This document shows positions 30,301 through 39,860 of a DNA stretch of 64,000 bases, piece after piece. The position numbers and the translations under genes are program-made. Numbering within the stretch: the first letter of the stretch is position 1; every line of letters starts with the position of its first letter. Under the pieces are notes generated by a model, which was given only the letters and a program-made list of their open reading frames with translations, had not been told where the DNA came from and did not search any database. The DNA is from Cenarchaeum sp. (GTDB taxonomy: Archaea; Thermoproteota; Nitrososphaeria; Nitrososphaerales; Nitrosopumilaceae): positions 864,001 to 928,000 of the forward strand of contig CBDESU010000001.1 in NCBI GenBank assembly GCA_965242695.1, written 5' to 3'.

Positions 30301-33300
30301 GAGTACATCGACGCATCGTCTGCAAACGCGTCGGCCATCGCAATAGAAGACCAGGCCGATGGCCAGCGCACTGCCCTTGAGGGCGCATCGCTTGCGGGCA
30401 TCTCCGACTCGGACCGCATCGTCGTCCTGCTCACCCCCGCCCAGCGGGCGGCCGCCCAGGCCGTCAACGCAAGCGCCGGCGGCCCCGTGCGGATCGACAT
30501 TGCGGCAGAGGGCCCCGCGTTCATGGACCTTGCTGGAAACGCATTCGGCGGCGCGTCAAACCTCAACGTGTCGACTACGAACGACTCTGTCGATCCCAAG
30601 CTGGCCGGCACCCCCGTCCTGGACCTAAACGTTGCCAAGGCCACGCTGACGCTGCAGTTCGACAAGCGCATTCCAGCGGGCGCTGCCGACGCCTCTGGGA
30701 TGTACGTGCAGGGCGCCGACGGGACGACCGGCACGACGAGCCTTGCAGGCGCGGCCGTGTCGCACCGGCAGGCGGCAGGCGGCGGACAGGGAACCGACAT
30801 CGTAGTGAGCCTCACAGCGGCCCAAAAGGCGTCCGTCGTAGAGTCGTACCGGGCGACGGATACTCGGGCGGCGACCCTAGACGTTTCCCCGTCCGCCGTG
30901 GAGGATCAGTGGCACAACCGGTTCGCCGGGCGGGCCGCCGAACCGCTAGACGTCACGGCCGACGAGACGCCTCCGGGAATGATCGGCGCTCCCGTGGTCG
31001 ACCTCGGCGCCGGCACCGTGCGCATCGCATTCGACGAGTACGTCCGCGCCTCGAGTGTCAACGCGTCCGCCTTGTCGATCGTGGTGGACGGCACGGCGAC
31101 CTCCCTTGCCGGCGCGCACACGCTCACAAGCGGGGATGGCTTGTCAATCCTGCTTGAAATGACCGCTGACCAAAAGGCCGCCGCCGAGTCCGAGCACAAC
31201 GGGGCAGGATACCTGACCGTCATGGCAGGCGCATCGTTCGTGTCCGACATTGCCGAGAACACGTTCGCATCGGGCGCGCCGGCCGCAAACGCGACCGTGC
31301 GCCTCGACTCTAGGCCGCCGGCGCTCCTGCAGGCGCCGCCGCCGTCGCTCGACCTGGGAACCGGCCGCCTTGTCCTCGTGTTTGACGAGCACGTCGACGT
31401 CTCCGAGGCCAAGCTGTCGACCGCCTCGATCGTCCTGCCGCCCGCGCCTTCGTCGTCCGGCCGTACCCCGCTGCCGGTCGGCCTGTCCGGCGCCTCGGCC
31501 GCCTCAAGCGGCGACGGCCAGCGCGTCGAGATCGAGCTGACCGCGGGCCAGAGGGGCCTCTTGATCGCAGGCGCCGCCGCATCGCCCGGCCACGCGGGCG
31601 CGCAGCTCCGCCTCGGCCAGGGATTCGTCTTGGACCTGGGCGGAAACCCGACCGCGGCCGTCCAGGCGGTCCGCATCGACGTATCCCAGGACGGCGCCGC
31701 CCCGTCGCTGGACCCGGAGGCGCCGCCGACGCTCGACCTTGGCAGCGGCGCGTTGCGCATTGCATTCACAGAGCAGATCGACCCCGCCGTATCCGACCTC
31801 GTGCGCCTGTCGATTACGGCCTCTGCATCTTCCGATGCGCCGCGCGTACAGCTCGCCTCGGCACACGTCGAGCCGCGGGACGGCGGCACTATGACTCTCA
31901 CGCTGCTGCTCACGCGCGACGAAAAGGGATCCCTCCTGGCATCGTCCCAGGGTGGCAACCTGGACGAGGCCCGCCTCTACGTCGGCACCGGCGCATTCTC
32001 AGACCTGTCGGGCAATGCGATCGCAGCCTCGGAAGAGGCCGTATCCGTCTCGGCCGACACAACCCGCCCGCTGCTCGACCGCTCGGCCGATCCGCTCTAC
32101 AACTCGGCCCGCTCGACGATCGAGTTCGACTTTGACGAGTACGTCGACACCGCAGCGGTCGATCCGTCAAAGATTGCGGTGCGGTCGTACGCCTCGTCGC
32201 CCCCCATGTCCATCGCACTGGATGCCTCGTCGCCCGTGGCGCCGGCCGAGGAAGGCCGAACCGGCTCTTGGCACCGCATCGCCGTCGACCTGGCCGGCAC
32301 GCCGCAGGCCGATGCGGTAGCGGATGCGGTTGCGGCAGCCGGCGCCGGCGCCGCCGGCCAGCTCCGCATCGACGTCGAGCGCGGCGCGTTCTCGGACCTG
32401 TCGGGCAACGAGTTCGCCTGGATCGGCAACCACACCCTTGCAACAGCCGACGACGCCCTAGCGCCGGCACTTGTCGGCCCGCCCTCGCTCGACCTGGGCT
32501 CGGGCGTGCTGACGCTCCGGTTCGGCGAGCCCGTACTTGCCGCACCGGGAGTCCTCCAAACGTCCGATATCTTCATAGGCGGCCCGAACGGCTCTGATCC
32601 CGTCGCACTCGACCGGTCGCGGGTCGTCGCGCAGGATGCTGGAAGGACGGGCGCCTCGCCGCTAGTCGAGGTCACACTCGACGCGCACGACCTTGCGCGC
32701 GCAAGGGCGCTGTACCTGGACAACGAGGGCACAATGACCATAACCGTCCCGGCCGCCGACATCCGCGACCGCGCATACAACGAGTTTGCGGGGCTTGACA
32801 GGGCGCATCTGGACGTCGTGCCCGATGCGGCCGGCCCAGCCCTGGCACCGGCGGCCCCAATTCTAGACATGGCCGCCGGCATCCTCTCCGTGCCGTTCGA
32901 CGAGGGCATCGATGCGGCGCGCCTCGACCCGTCGGGGATAACGCTGCGGCTTGCCGGCGGGGATGCGGCCGGCACGGCCCTTGAGGGCAGCCATGCGTAT
33001 GCGGCGGCGGGAAGCGGAGGGAGCGATATCGCCCCGACGGCAGTCGTCGTCGAGCTCTCGCACGCACAAAAGGCGGCACTCGCCGCCGATGCCGAGGCGG
33101 CCGAGGCGTCATCGAACGCCGATCCGCACATATCAATCGCCGCCGGTGCATTCTACGACGTGTCGGGCAACGCGGCTCCGGCCGTCGAGCGCGCGCGCCT
33201 GTCGGTCGTGCCCGACGACCGCCCGCCTGTCGTCGACGCGGCGGCCGCGCCGGTCCTGGACATCGGCGGGCGCACGCTCGAGATACACTTTGACGAGTAC

Positions 33301-36300
33301 GTCCACGCCGCGGCCACGGACCTGTCGCTGATCGACGTGTCCGTGATTGACGGATCGGGCGACGGCGACGGCAGGCACCGCATTCCGCTCGATGCGGCCA
33401 GGATCGAATCGTCCGGCGCCTCGGACGGCGACTCCGATACGGTCCGGATACTCCTGACCGCGGGCCAGGCCGCGGCCCTGGCAACGGCCGTCGAGTCGTC
33501 TGCACTGATCGGGTATGCCGACCCGGCCCTGCTACTAATTGCAGACGGCGCCGCGGCCGACCTGTCGGGCAACGCGATCGCCGGCCCCGCCGGCGGCGCC
33601 GGCACGACAGCCCGCCTGGCCGTCATACCCGACAGCGCCCCGCCGGCGCTGGACCCTGCGCGCCCGCCAGTCCTTGACATGTCCGCCGGCGCGCTGACCG
33701 TGTGGCTCGACGAGCACGTCGATGCGGGCGCGGCCGACCTGTCGCGCCTGGCCCTGGCGGCGGCGAACGGGGACAGCGGGGATCTGAGCCAGACCATATC
33801 GCTAGCCGGCGCGGCCGTCGTAGGACCGTCGCTCGGCTCGCACGGCGCCGACACGGTCGTCGTCAGGCTCATGCATGTGCAAAAGGCGTGGGCCGCGGCC
33901 GCCTCTGCCGCGGGGGCTGGCATTTCCCTGTCCGCATCGGCAGGCGCCCTCTACGACCTGTCGGGCAACGCAATGCCGGCCACCGCCGCCGCATCGCCCG
34001 TACGGGTCGCCGCCCTGGCCGACACTGCAGGGCCGCAGCTTGACGGGCTGCCGGTGCTCAATCTTGCACTGGGAACGCTCATGTTCGACCTGGACGAGTT
34101 TGCCGATGCGACGCAGGTCGCAGCCTCTGGCATGTCCGTAGAGGGCGCCGATGCCGCAAACTCCACGACGCTGGCAGGCGCGGCTGTCTCGGACGTGCCG
34201 CACGGCGCCGACGCCGGCCTGCCCGACACGTACTCTGACCGCATAATCGTCGAGCCGACGGCGGCACAGAACGCATCTATCCAGGCATACGCGAAGCCGG
34301 TACGGCTCGCAAACCTTCCGGCCGGCTCGCTATCCGACCTTGCCGGCAACGGCATCGAGCGGCTCGTCCGGGTTCCAATGGTCCACACGAACGACACGGC
34401 CGGCCCGGCCCTGGTGAGCGTTGCCGTCGACCTGCGCGACGGCGATGTCATGCTCGGGTTCAACGAGGACATTGACGCGGCCGGCGCCGTCGTATCGCAC
34501 ATGAGCCTGTCTCCGCTAGGCTCCGACCCCTCCTCCTACTACCTCGCCGGCGCCGACATCCTGCTGCCGCCGGGCGGCGCCCCGACCGACCGGATGGAGC
34601 TGCGCCTGTCTGGCGCGCAAAAGGCCTCTGTGGCACTTGCGTACGACGCATCGGGCAGCCTTGCATTCGCAGCGCCGGAAGGCGCCGTCGACGATCCGTT
34701 CGGCAACCATGCGGCCATGCTCAACCTGACCGCAGCGGTAACCGCCGACAGCCACCCGCCCATGCTCCTGCAGTCCGGCCCGCAGGCGCCTGTCCTTGAC
34801 CTGGGATCGGGCGTCCTGACGCTGCGGTTCGACGAGTACGTATCCACGGCGGGCATCGACCCGTCGGCCATCTCGGTGCGCGGCGTTGGAGGCGCCGACG
34901 CATCGCCCGAGGCCGTCGCGCTGGCCGGCTCGGAGGTCGAGGCCGGCACCGGCGCCCTTGCCGCGGCATCGGGCGCATACTCGGATATGGTCGTCGTCTC
35001 GCTCTCCCCCGCCGCAAAGGCAGCCGCCGCGCAGTCCGTCGGGTACGACTCACTAGCAGCCCGGCTCGACATCGGCGCATCGGCGTCCATAGCAGACCCG
35101 TCGGCCGTGCAGCTTGCCGCCGTCCAGAATGCGCCCCTGCTCGTCCGCCCAGACCACGCCCCGCCCCATATAGTGGCAGGCCGCACCGTCCTGGACCTGG
35201 CCGCCGGCACGCTCGTCGTCGCGCTCGACGAGCACGTCCTGCCGAACCGCGCCGACGCATCGCGCATCGCGATATCGGGAACGGCCCCGGGCGCGGCGAC
35301 CGTCCGGCTCGCCGGCGCCACTGTGGAGGCGGCTGGAGGGTCGTCAGACACGGTCACGTTCAAACTGACCGACGCGCAGGCGGCCGCCGCGTCCGCGGCC
35401 ACCCTGGCACCTACGTCTGGATCCGGCGGAGATGCGCCCAGCCACGAGGCCTTGCTGCGCATCGACGCCGGCGCGTTCGTCGACTCGTCGGGCAACACGT
35501 TTGCCGGCGCCTCTAACGTCAGGCCGGCCGAGACGCGGCCTCCCGTGTCCGTGCTTGGAGCATCCGTCGAGTCGCCAGAGACGGTCATGGTCAGATACAC
35601 GCACAACCTCACGTCATCGTCCGCCGCCTCGGACTATTCCCTGGCGATCGACGGCGCGCAGCGCGCAATATCGGGCGTCGGCGGCTCGGGAACGGCATCG
35701 CACACCGTAGGGTTCGGGCCGGCCGCCGAGGCCCCAGATGCGACCGGCGTGCTCGACATTGGCAGGCTTGCAGGAGTCGGCTCCACCCTGTACGAGTTTT
35801 CGGGCGCGCAGGACGTCCCCGTATCAGACGGGCAGGGGCCGTCGGCGCTGTCCGCATTCGCCGTGAACGCCTCTGCGCTTACGGTCAGCTTTGACGAGGC
35901 CGTAGCGGGCGTAGCGCCGTCCGACTTTGCTTCCGTCACGCCGTCAGGGGGCGGCTCTTCGGCCTCGGCCGTCTCCGTCGCCGGCTCGGGCGCCTCGCGC
36001 CTGGTGGTCCTCGACGAAGAGATATTCGCGGCCGGCGCAGGCGGCACGATCGACGGCGTGCCGGCAGGCGCGTACGAGGACGCGGCCGGAAACCCGGGAT
36101 CCGCGATCGACGGCCTGCCCGTGGCGGCGCCCTCTGGCAGCGTCAGGGCCGCCGGGACGGCCCCCGTCTACCTGGCCGCCGGCACGCTCGTGCGCAACGT
36201 CTCGGGCGCCTCGCCGTCGATCGACCTGTCGGGCCTAGGCGGCTCGTTCCCGGGCACGGGCGACTTTGTACTGTCCGCCGACGGCCTGGCGACGGTCACG

Positions 36301-39300
36301 TTCGCCGCCGGCACGGCCGTCTCGGGCCTCCCCTCGGGCGCCTCGCCGGTCGTCTCGGTCTCGGCGGCCAACCGCACCGTCCCCGACCGCTCGGTGATCG
36401 GCGCCGGCCAGCTCGTGCTCGTAGAGGTCGGAAGCGCATCGGCCGACATCGTGCTTGACAGGCCGGCTCGCATCGAGCTTGCCGGGGCGGCAGGCTATGA
36501 GGCGTTCTGGATGGATGCGGCAGGCGCGGTCTCGGTCATCGACCGCGTTTGCACGGAGGACTCGCTTGCGGCGGCAGAGGCGCAGCTCGGCGCCGGAGAA
36601 GAGTGCGCAATCGATGCCGGCACCAGCAAGGCGATCTACACGTACCACCTCTCCATATTCGGCGCCGTGGCGCCGCCGCCACCGCAGTCCCCCTCTCAGG
36701 GTGCCGGAACCTGCGCGCCAAACCCGTCCGAATGCCTGTACGTGGCGACCCCTGCCGCCTCGGCAGCCCCAGCCTCCAGCGGCGGCTTTGCCGCCACGGC
36801 CGGCGCTCCGGCTGCAGTCAGCCCGTACGACGGCATGCTGTACGCGGCCGGCCCTGCGACGAACCGCTCGCTCGGCGAGTCCGTGTACGTCCTTGATCCG
36901 GCTAGGGGCCACGCCGTCGTCGACGAGATCGGCCTGCAGACCGACCCCGAGCACCCTGCCAGGATGCGCGTCATTGCCATCGCCCCGGCCGCCTCTTCGG
37001 ACTCGCCGCTCGTGCGCGCGACCGCCATGCGCGAGTCTTCCGAGCCGCCCGTGCGCGAGCTCCCAATGATCCTTGTCATCGATGCGTCCGACCGCACGCT
37101 TGCCAGGCACGGGGCCATCCTGTACACCGACCAGGCCGGCCGAACGGTAGAGGCCGGCGTGCCGGCCCTGCTGGCCGCAGCCGGAGGCGGCGCCTCTGCC
37201 CTGGACGGCCTGGCGTACGTCGGCATGCAGACCGTGCCTTCAGGGGGAGAGAGCGCCGCGCGGCTCGACGGCGGCCCCGTCCTGCTCGTCAACACGACGG
37301 GCGAATCGGCGCGCATCGAGCCGATGTACGTGCCCGGCGGCCCCGAGGGCGTGCCGGCGTTCCCGTCGCCGGATGCCGGCGGCTACTACTATCCGCGCGA
37401 GGGCTGGCAGCCGACCGCAATGGCCGCCGACGGCCAGACGCTCTACATGGTCGGAGCCGCATGGCAGAGCGGCCCGGCCGCCGAGCCGTCGTCGAATACA
37501 TTCGGCCTGCTCACGCTGTCGTTTGCCTCCAACGGCAGCGCAGGCGGCAGCTCCGGGATGTTCACGCCGCGCTACGCGCTTGCCGGCGCCGTCGAGCTTG
37601 CCAGCCTCCCAGATGCAGAGGCGGACAACTCCTCATTCACGGCAGCCGGCATGGCCCTTGACCCGGTGCGGTCTAGGCTGTACGTCCAGTACGGCAACGG
37701 CACGATCGCATCGTACGCACTAGGGCCGGCAGGGGACGGCCAGGCCCGCCTCCCGTCGCTCCTGCACGTGGTCGGCACGGCGGCCGACCCGCGCGGCCTC
37801 GCACTCGATTCCGCCACGGGCATACTGTACGCGGCCGCCGGCGATTCCGTCCTCGTATACAACACATCAAACAGCCGCCGCATCGCGACCGTCGAGGTTG
37901 GGCCAGGCGGCGCCGCCGGACTGTCCGTCTCGCCCGTTGTCCCGCAGGGCGCAGGCGCCGCCCCCGTCTATGCGATCCCCGCAGTCCAGGGCGATCCGCT
38001 TCGCATCATTAGCGCAATCGACGGCCCGCCCCTCGTAGCCGCCGTCTCGGCGCAGGCCGGCTCGTACGGGGCAGGCTCGTCCGTCCCGATCGCGATCGCA
38101 TTCACGCAGGACGTCGTCGTCTCTGGAGGCGTTCCGGCACTGGCGCTCAACATGCAGCGCGCCGCCGGCTCTGCTCCCGCGGCCGCCCTGTACCAGGGCG
38201 GCTCGGGAACGAGCACCCTTGAATTCTCGTATGCAGTAGTGGCAGGCGACATGTCCTCCGACCTCATGTACGCCGGCACGGACGCCCTGTCGCTGCCGGC
38301 CGGGGCATCGATTGCGGGCGCCGCCGGCGCCATGGAGGATGCCGTGCTGGCGCTGCCGGCACCGGGCCCCATGGGAGGCGCTGCCGGCGCGGTGCGCATC
38401 GACGCGGACGATCCGACCCCTGCGCCGCCCCCCGTGGTCGTGGTTCCGCCAGCCGGCGCCGGATCGCCTGCCGGACAGTTCGGGTTCGGCGGCGGCAGTG
38501 GAGGTGGAGGCGGAGGAGGCAGCGGCGGCCGAACCGGCCTTGCAGTAGGCGCCGGCTCTTCCCTCGAGGTCTCGTCCGTGTCGTGGGACTGCGACAGGGG
38601 CCTGGCCTGGATAATCCTTGGCGGCCTGCCCGCCGGCGCCTCTGCCTCCCTCCCAGACGTGAGCGTACTTGCATCGTCCGGCACGACGGCGGCGCGCGCC
38701 GCGCCCGGCGCCGCGGCGGCGGCCGGACAGGCGACGTACGAGGTAGACCTGCCCGAGGACGAGGTATTCCTTGTCCGCGCCGTCGCTGTCGACGGGCGCG
38801 AGGCCGCATCCGTCTCAAAGACCGTCCGCACGGGCGGGCAGTGCGCGGGCGAGGCCGTATTCGACTCTGGGGCGGGCAGCGCGCCGCTGCCGGAGGTTCC
38901 GTCTGCAAAGGCTGCGGCGGCCGGTGCCGAGCCCGCCGGAGATACTGGCATGCCAGAGGCAGAGGAAGAGCCGCCTAGCGGCGCCGATGCCGCCGCGGAT
39001 GCAGCCGCAGGCGAAGACCGCGGGCAGACGGCGACTGAGCCGGAGCCCGAGCCCGAGCCGCGGGAAGAAGCAGAGGCTGCGGAGGCAGGGGCGGATGCTG
39101 TGCCGGCCAAGCAGGACGAGCCGCAGGCGCAGCCAGGGCGAGATCCAGCACAGCCGGCAACGGCGGAGCCCGCGCCGGACGATGCCGCTGCCGCCGGCGA
39201 CGACGGAGGCGGAGGCGGCTGCCTTGTTGCAACGGCCGCGTACGGGACCGAGCTTGCCCCGCAGGTGCAGGCGCTGCGCGAGGTGCGCGACACTGCCGTC

Positions 39301-39621
39301 ATGCAGACCGGCGCCGGCTCTGTGTTCATGTCTGCATTCAACACGGCATACTATGCCGTATCGCCGCAGGTCGCCGACCTGGAGCGGGAGCATCCCATAC
39401 TCAGGGATGCCGTCCGCGCCCTGATCGCCCCGATGCTCTACTCGGCGCAGATGCTCTCGCTCGCCGAGCCGGGCTCGGAGGTTGACGTGCTCGCGTACGG
39501 CGCGGCGGCAATCGCCGCAATGGCCGCGCTGTACGTTGCGGCGCCTGCCGCCGCCGCCGTCTCTGCCGCCAGGCTTGCGCCTGCCGCCGCTGCCGCAGTC
39601 CAAAGGCGGCTCCGGGGATAG
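24304..39621 (+). CDS. Giant (~5,100 aa) repetitive cell-surface protein A with CFI-box-CTERM-type anchor
   Basis: Hydrophobic N-terminal stretch ending PEAHA; many ~120-aa Ig-like repeats (D..PP.L..P.LDL..G.L.L.FDE...D.SGN); late beta-propeller-like region; acidic linker; GGGCLVATAAYGTELAPQVQALREVRD plus TM helix. Confidence 0.88.
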   Translation: MTTLPGRSSSPRTGRSAPSAQRRGRVWGTAAGTSRPRLALIGAAAACLAASAAVAATAAVDGGEQGAAPQYGQLLPEAHAHAISGLAVDAYAVGPRQVNVVFAPSLPNVDRLLGTPSISDHRARTQTAYHAGGTTHTITLSGPDMPTDATGSVQMHSGGIHFGVRHNHRLPNSFTIAIHDRQAPHLDTRVTPTLDLSAGTFTFRATEPLVAGPGGTTAAHVGLAGLGSLTSADAVSFRGADVTIDLSTATHERLDRDVRAWPSSKTSTTMKFTTVGLRDITTWHDRVHHGHRGYDLDSGRWWLPMAVVRDTVPPVLTRNPQLDFNTGVLTITLSEPVTYFYMPYLFLEDRNGGSRQHVAGASYPSGLDSTVVPITLSAAQLERLSTMYAASGGLRLDMHRGTVRDAANNPLEGVFDRAIDVTADNVRPALDGGRSPSVDLSRQRITVHFAETMDVSRTDASKIYVSNSTAGSEVPLSDGTVSGRDGRAVTVSFPPATKAMIAERGTALRVGADPDAFRDIQGNGNGRIDPVSATYTRDTSRPGIAWHSPALDLGTGLLTIRATDVIDTDRISPRGFSLHLTDSADAHRSTDLPLAGAGVASTGPYAETMELRLTESQRAAAVSASADGIPSAKVGIRGWAYQDYPEHNHGWYVFGAGSAPVAVTADRVPPQLASDPVLNLDDGTVRLEFDEYIDASGISRSGVDVSVFANGSVSLSAGGRLLPAAEQAGGTLVVLDMTDALEDAVYNAHGNGSTFTLGVPGSAFYDMSGNALAAVTNRTASATAGQADLELASSVLDLGSGELSLEFNRDISAPAPASLSGIVVAGASDGAGRTDMLGLPVNHTGSGVSISLTAAKKADLVAANMSGSLVLSIGPGVFVDEHHHALDSMTNATLAVVGDDDLPAIVGSPKLDPFAGRLSIAFDEYIDMDGVDPGQIALYGGGGGGTIVRLTGNTVLSQADGDELVVALEPLQVLQVHHARRASSEGQLLADVNSSAVHDLSGNALEGITGEPVSIGRFEVGGSGGGGGSGASPNQQGGTGPPFSASSPRLGAEPAGGASTSFEKIPGGIGGLGPVGGDGNGGPAPLYAFGFPPVLAAQSPVRLDLNTGVLEVEFALYTFIDMQDVDLSGIEIHGDGVRVSLGGASLDLTGADMVGNGLYATTVVVNLTAAQKAAAVDAGSGALIDIPYGAFTDGDPFAGVVGERIAITSDTTPPALLANTTSLDLGTGRLVLAFDEHIAAPSAVSPADFDILPGGDSASRVNLDDSRSITAYNGTVEIVLSAYQKALVVGARGGPSSAAAGNASVSTTVAGAVRDASGNALPAVDGLSVNTLADGAAPVLAAAPVLNLGTGTLTLDFDEYVGTDAAAGIVPAQVSVTAPGASPSSWQPQSLATAENGTRLQFAFGDAQTAALRQANASTTAPLALGVAAGAGIADLSGNAFEAAAANLTTVDDATPPALEADTLPVLDIGRGTITMRFTEHIEAGGIDISGMAIEDASGAARVHLTGAAVKPPVDPSSPYITEEDASLVITLTAAQKGAVAAAQLAAGPVRIDAPPSAITDAAGFWFAGMSNHPLDIVPDTVPPAVADPSAVADPSASFPRLDMARGILSVQFDEIIDAGTADPSAFTLHSLPVGADAAGLAPTAVLLGAATVLPARDGADATVLELKLTAAQLAAVSGLAGSAGAPSVNLTIAAKAVRDVSGNAFEAADVGPISATEDGSSPLLAAEPVLDLNAGTVLVQFSEYVNASGIDLSRVSLVGVEAEAALVQLGSGGAGGSAQSSAHGQIIESGDGSVRASASVLINLTGEQKALAAHASASRINIGEGAVDDLSANAFEGIDRGLLAVIPDETAPALAGSGTYLDMGDGVLHIIFDEHVDPATVDPSRIVLSISSASANGSAPSIVSLAGAAPLRSTLYTDDASIQLTAAQRAAVQDAINAAGSAAIEITVLPGGAASDLSGNGAARSAAPVQLRADGSAPVRQGAAVLNLANGTLTLSFDEYIDASSANASAIAIEDQADGQRTALEGASLAGISDSDRIVVLLTPAQRAAAQAVNASAGGPVRIDIAAEGPAFMDLAGNAFGGASNLNVSTTNDSVDPKLAGTPVLDLNVAKATLTLQFDKRIPAGAADASGMYVQGADGTTGTTSLAGAAVSHRQAAGGGQGTDIVVSLTAAQKASVVESYRATDTRAATLDVSPSAVEDQWHNRFAGRAAEPLDVTADETPPGMIGAPVVDLGAGTVRIAFDEYVRASSVNASALSIVVDGTATSLAGAHTLTSGDGLSILLEMTADQKAAAESEHNGAGYLTVMAGASFVSDIAENTFASGAPAANATVRLDSRPPALLQAPPPSLDLGTGRLVLVFDEHVDVSEAKLSTASIVLPPAPSSSGRTPLPVGLSGASAASSGDGQRVEIELTAGQRGLLIAGAAASPGHAGAQLRLGQGFVLDLGGNPTAAVQAVRIDVSQDGAAPSLDPEAPPTLDLGSGALRIAFTEQIDPAVSDLVRLSITASASSDAPRVQLASAHVEPRDGGTMTLTLLLTRDEKGSLLASSQGGNLDEARLYVGTGAFSDLSGNAIAASEEAVSVSADTTRPLLDRSADPLYNSARSTIEFDFDEYVDTAAVDPSKIAVRSYASSPPMSIALDASSPVAPAEEGRTGSWHRIAVDLAGTPQADAVADAVAAAGAGAAGQLRIDVERGAFSDLSGNEFAWIGNHTLATADDALAPALVGPPSLDLGSGVLTLRFGEPVLAAPGVLQTSDIFIGGPNGSDPVALDRSRVVAQDAGRTGASPLVEVTLDAHDLARARALYLDNEGTMTITVPAADIRDRAYNEFAGLDRAHLDVVPDAAGPALAPAAPILDMAAGILSVPFDEGIDAARLDPSGITLRLAGGDAAGTALEGSHAYAAAGSGGSDIAPTAVVVELSHAQKAALAADAEAAEASSNADPHISIAAGAFYDVSGNAAPAVERARLSVVPDDRPPVVDAAAAPVLDIGGRTLEIHFDEYVHAAATDLSLIDVSVIDGSGDGDGRHRIPLDAARIESSGASDGDSDTVRILLTAGQAAALATAVESSALIGYADPALLLIADGAAADLSGNAIAGPAGGAGTTARLAVIPDSAPPALDPARPPVLDMSAGALTVWLDEHVDAGAADLSRLALAAANGDSGDLSQTISLAGAAVVGPSLGSHGADTVVVRLMHVQKAWAAAASAAGAGISLSASAGALYDLSGNAMPATAAASPVRVAALADTAGPQLDGLPVLNLALGTLMFDLDEFADATQVAASGMSVEGADAANSTTLAGAAVSDVPHGADAGLPDTYSDRIIVEPTAAQNASIQAYAKPVRLANLPAGSLSDLAGNGIERLVRVPMVHTNDTAGPALVSVAVDLRDGDVMLGFNEDIDAAGAVVSHMSLSPLGSDPSSYYLAGADILLPPGGAPTDRMELRLSGAQKASVALAYDASGSLAFAAPEGAVDDPFGNHAAMLNLTAAVTADSHPPMLLQSGPQAPVLDLGSGVLTLRFDEYVSTAGIDPSAISVRGVGGADASPEAVALAGSEVEAGTGALAAASGAYSDMVVVSLSPAAKAAAAQSVGYDSLAARLDIGASASIADPSAVQLAAVQNAPLLVRPDHAPPHIVAGRTVLDLAAGTLVVALDEHVLPNRADASRIAISGTAPGAATVRLAGATVEAAGGSSDTVTFKLTDAQAAAASAATLAPTSGSGGDAPSHEALLRIDAGAFVDSSGNTFAGASNVRPAETRPPVSVLGASVESPETVMVRYTHNLTSSSAASDYSLAIDGAQRAISGVGGSGTASHTVGFGPAAEAPDATGVLDIGRLAGVGSTLYEFSGAQDVPVSDGQGPSALSAFAVNASALTVSFDEAVAGVAPSDFASVTPSGGGSSASAVSVAGSGASRLVVLDEEIFAAGAGGTIDGVPAGAYEDAAGNPGSAIDGLPVAAPSGSVRAAGTAPVYLAAGTLVRNVSGASPSIDLSGLGGSFPGTGDFVLSADGLATVTFAAGTAVSGLPSGASPVVSVSAANRTVPDRSVIGAGQLVLVEVGSASADIVLDRPARIELAGAAGYEAFWMDAAGAVSVIDRVCTEDSLAAAEAQLGAGEECAIDAGTSKAIYTYHLSIFGAVAPPPPQSPSQGAGTCAPNPSECLYVATPAASAAPASSGGFAATAGAPAAVSPYDGMLYAAGPATNRSLGESVYVLDPARGHAVVDEIGLQTDPEHPARMRVIAIAPAASSDSPLVRATAMRESSEPPVRELPMILVIDASDRTLARHGAILYTDQAGRTVEAGVPALLAAAGGGASALDGLAYVGMQTVPSGGESAARLDGGPVLLVNTTGESARIEPMYVPGGPEGVPAFPSPDAGGYYYPREGWQPTAMAADGQTLYMVGAAWQSGPAAEPSSNTFGLLTLSFASNGSAGGSSGMFTPRYALAGAVELASLPDAEADNSSFTAAGMALDPVRSRLYVQYGNGTIASYALGPAGDGQARLPSLLHVVGTAADPRGLALDSATGILYAAAGDSVLVYNTSNSRRIATVEVGPGGAAGLSVSPVVPQGAGAAPVYAIPAVQGDPLRIISAIDGPPLVAAVSAQAGSYGAGSSVPIAIAFTQDVVVSGGVPALALNMQRAAGSAPAAALYQGGSGTSTLEFSYAVVAGDMSSDLMYAGTDALSLPAGASIAGAAGAMEDAVLALPAPGPMGGAAGAVRIDADDPTPAPPPVVVVPPAGAGSPAGQFGFGGGSGGGGGGGSGGRTGLAVGAGSSLEVSSVSWDCDRGLAWIILGGLPAGASASLPDVSVLASSGTTAARAAPGAAAAAGQATYEVDLPEDEVFLVRAVAVDGREAASVSKTVRTGGQCAGEAVFDSGAGSAPLPEVPSAKAAAAGAEPAGDTGMPEAEEEPPSGADAAADAAAGEDRGQTATEPEPEPEPREEAEAAEAGADAVPAKQDEPQAQPGRDPAQPATAEPAPDDAAAAGDDGGGGGCLVATAAYGTELAPQVQALREVRDTAVMQTGAGSVFMSAFNTAYYAVSPQVADLEREHPILRDAVRALIAPMLYSAQMLSLAEPGSEVDVLAYGAAAIAAMAALYVAAPAAAAVSAARLAPAAAAAVQRRLRG

Positions 39622-39860
39622 ATCGCAGCGCCTGCCGCCTGCCGGCGGCAGCATGTGATGCAGCCTCTCCGCCCGGGCGCACGGCACCTCCCGCACGCTC
39701 CTGCGGACGGGCCATGGGCGGGCGTCGACACGATAGTTCTTATAGATAGGCAAATGCGCCGCCCTTTACGGGCACAGCAACACAGGCAGGGCGCACAGGT
39801 TCGCCGCACACGGGATCATCTACTCCCTCCGCGAGGCGCCGCGGGCGCGCACTGGGGGCT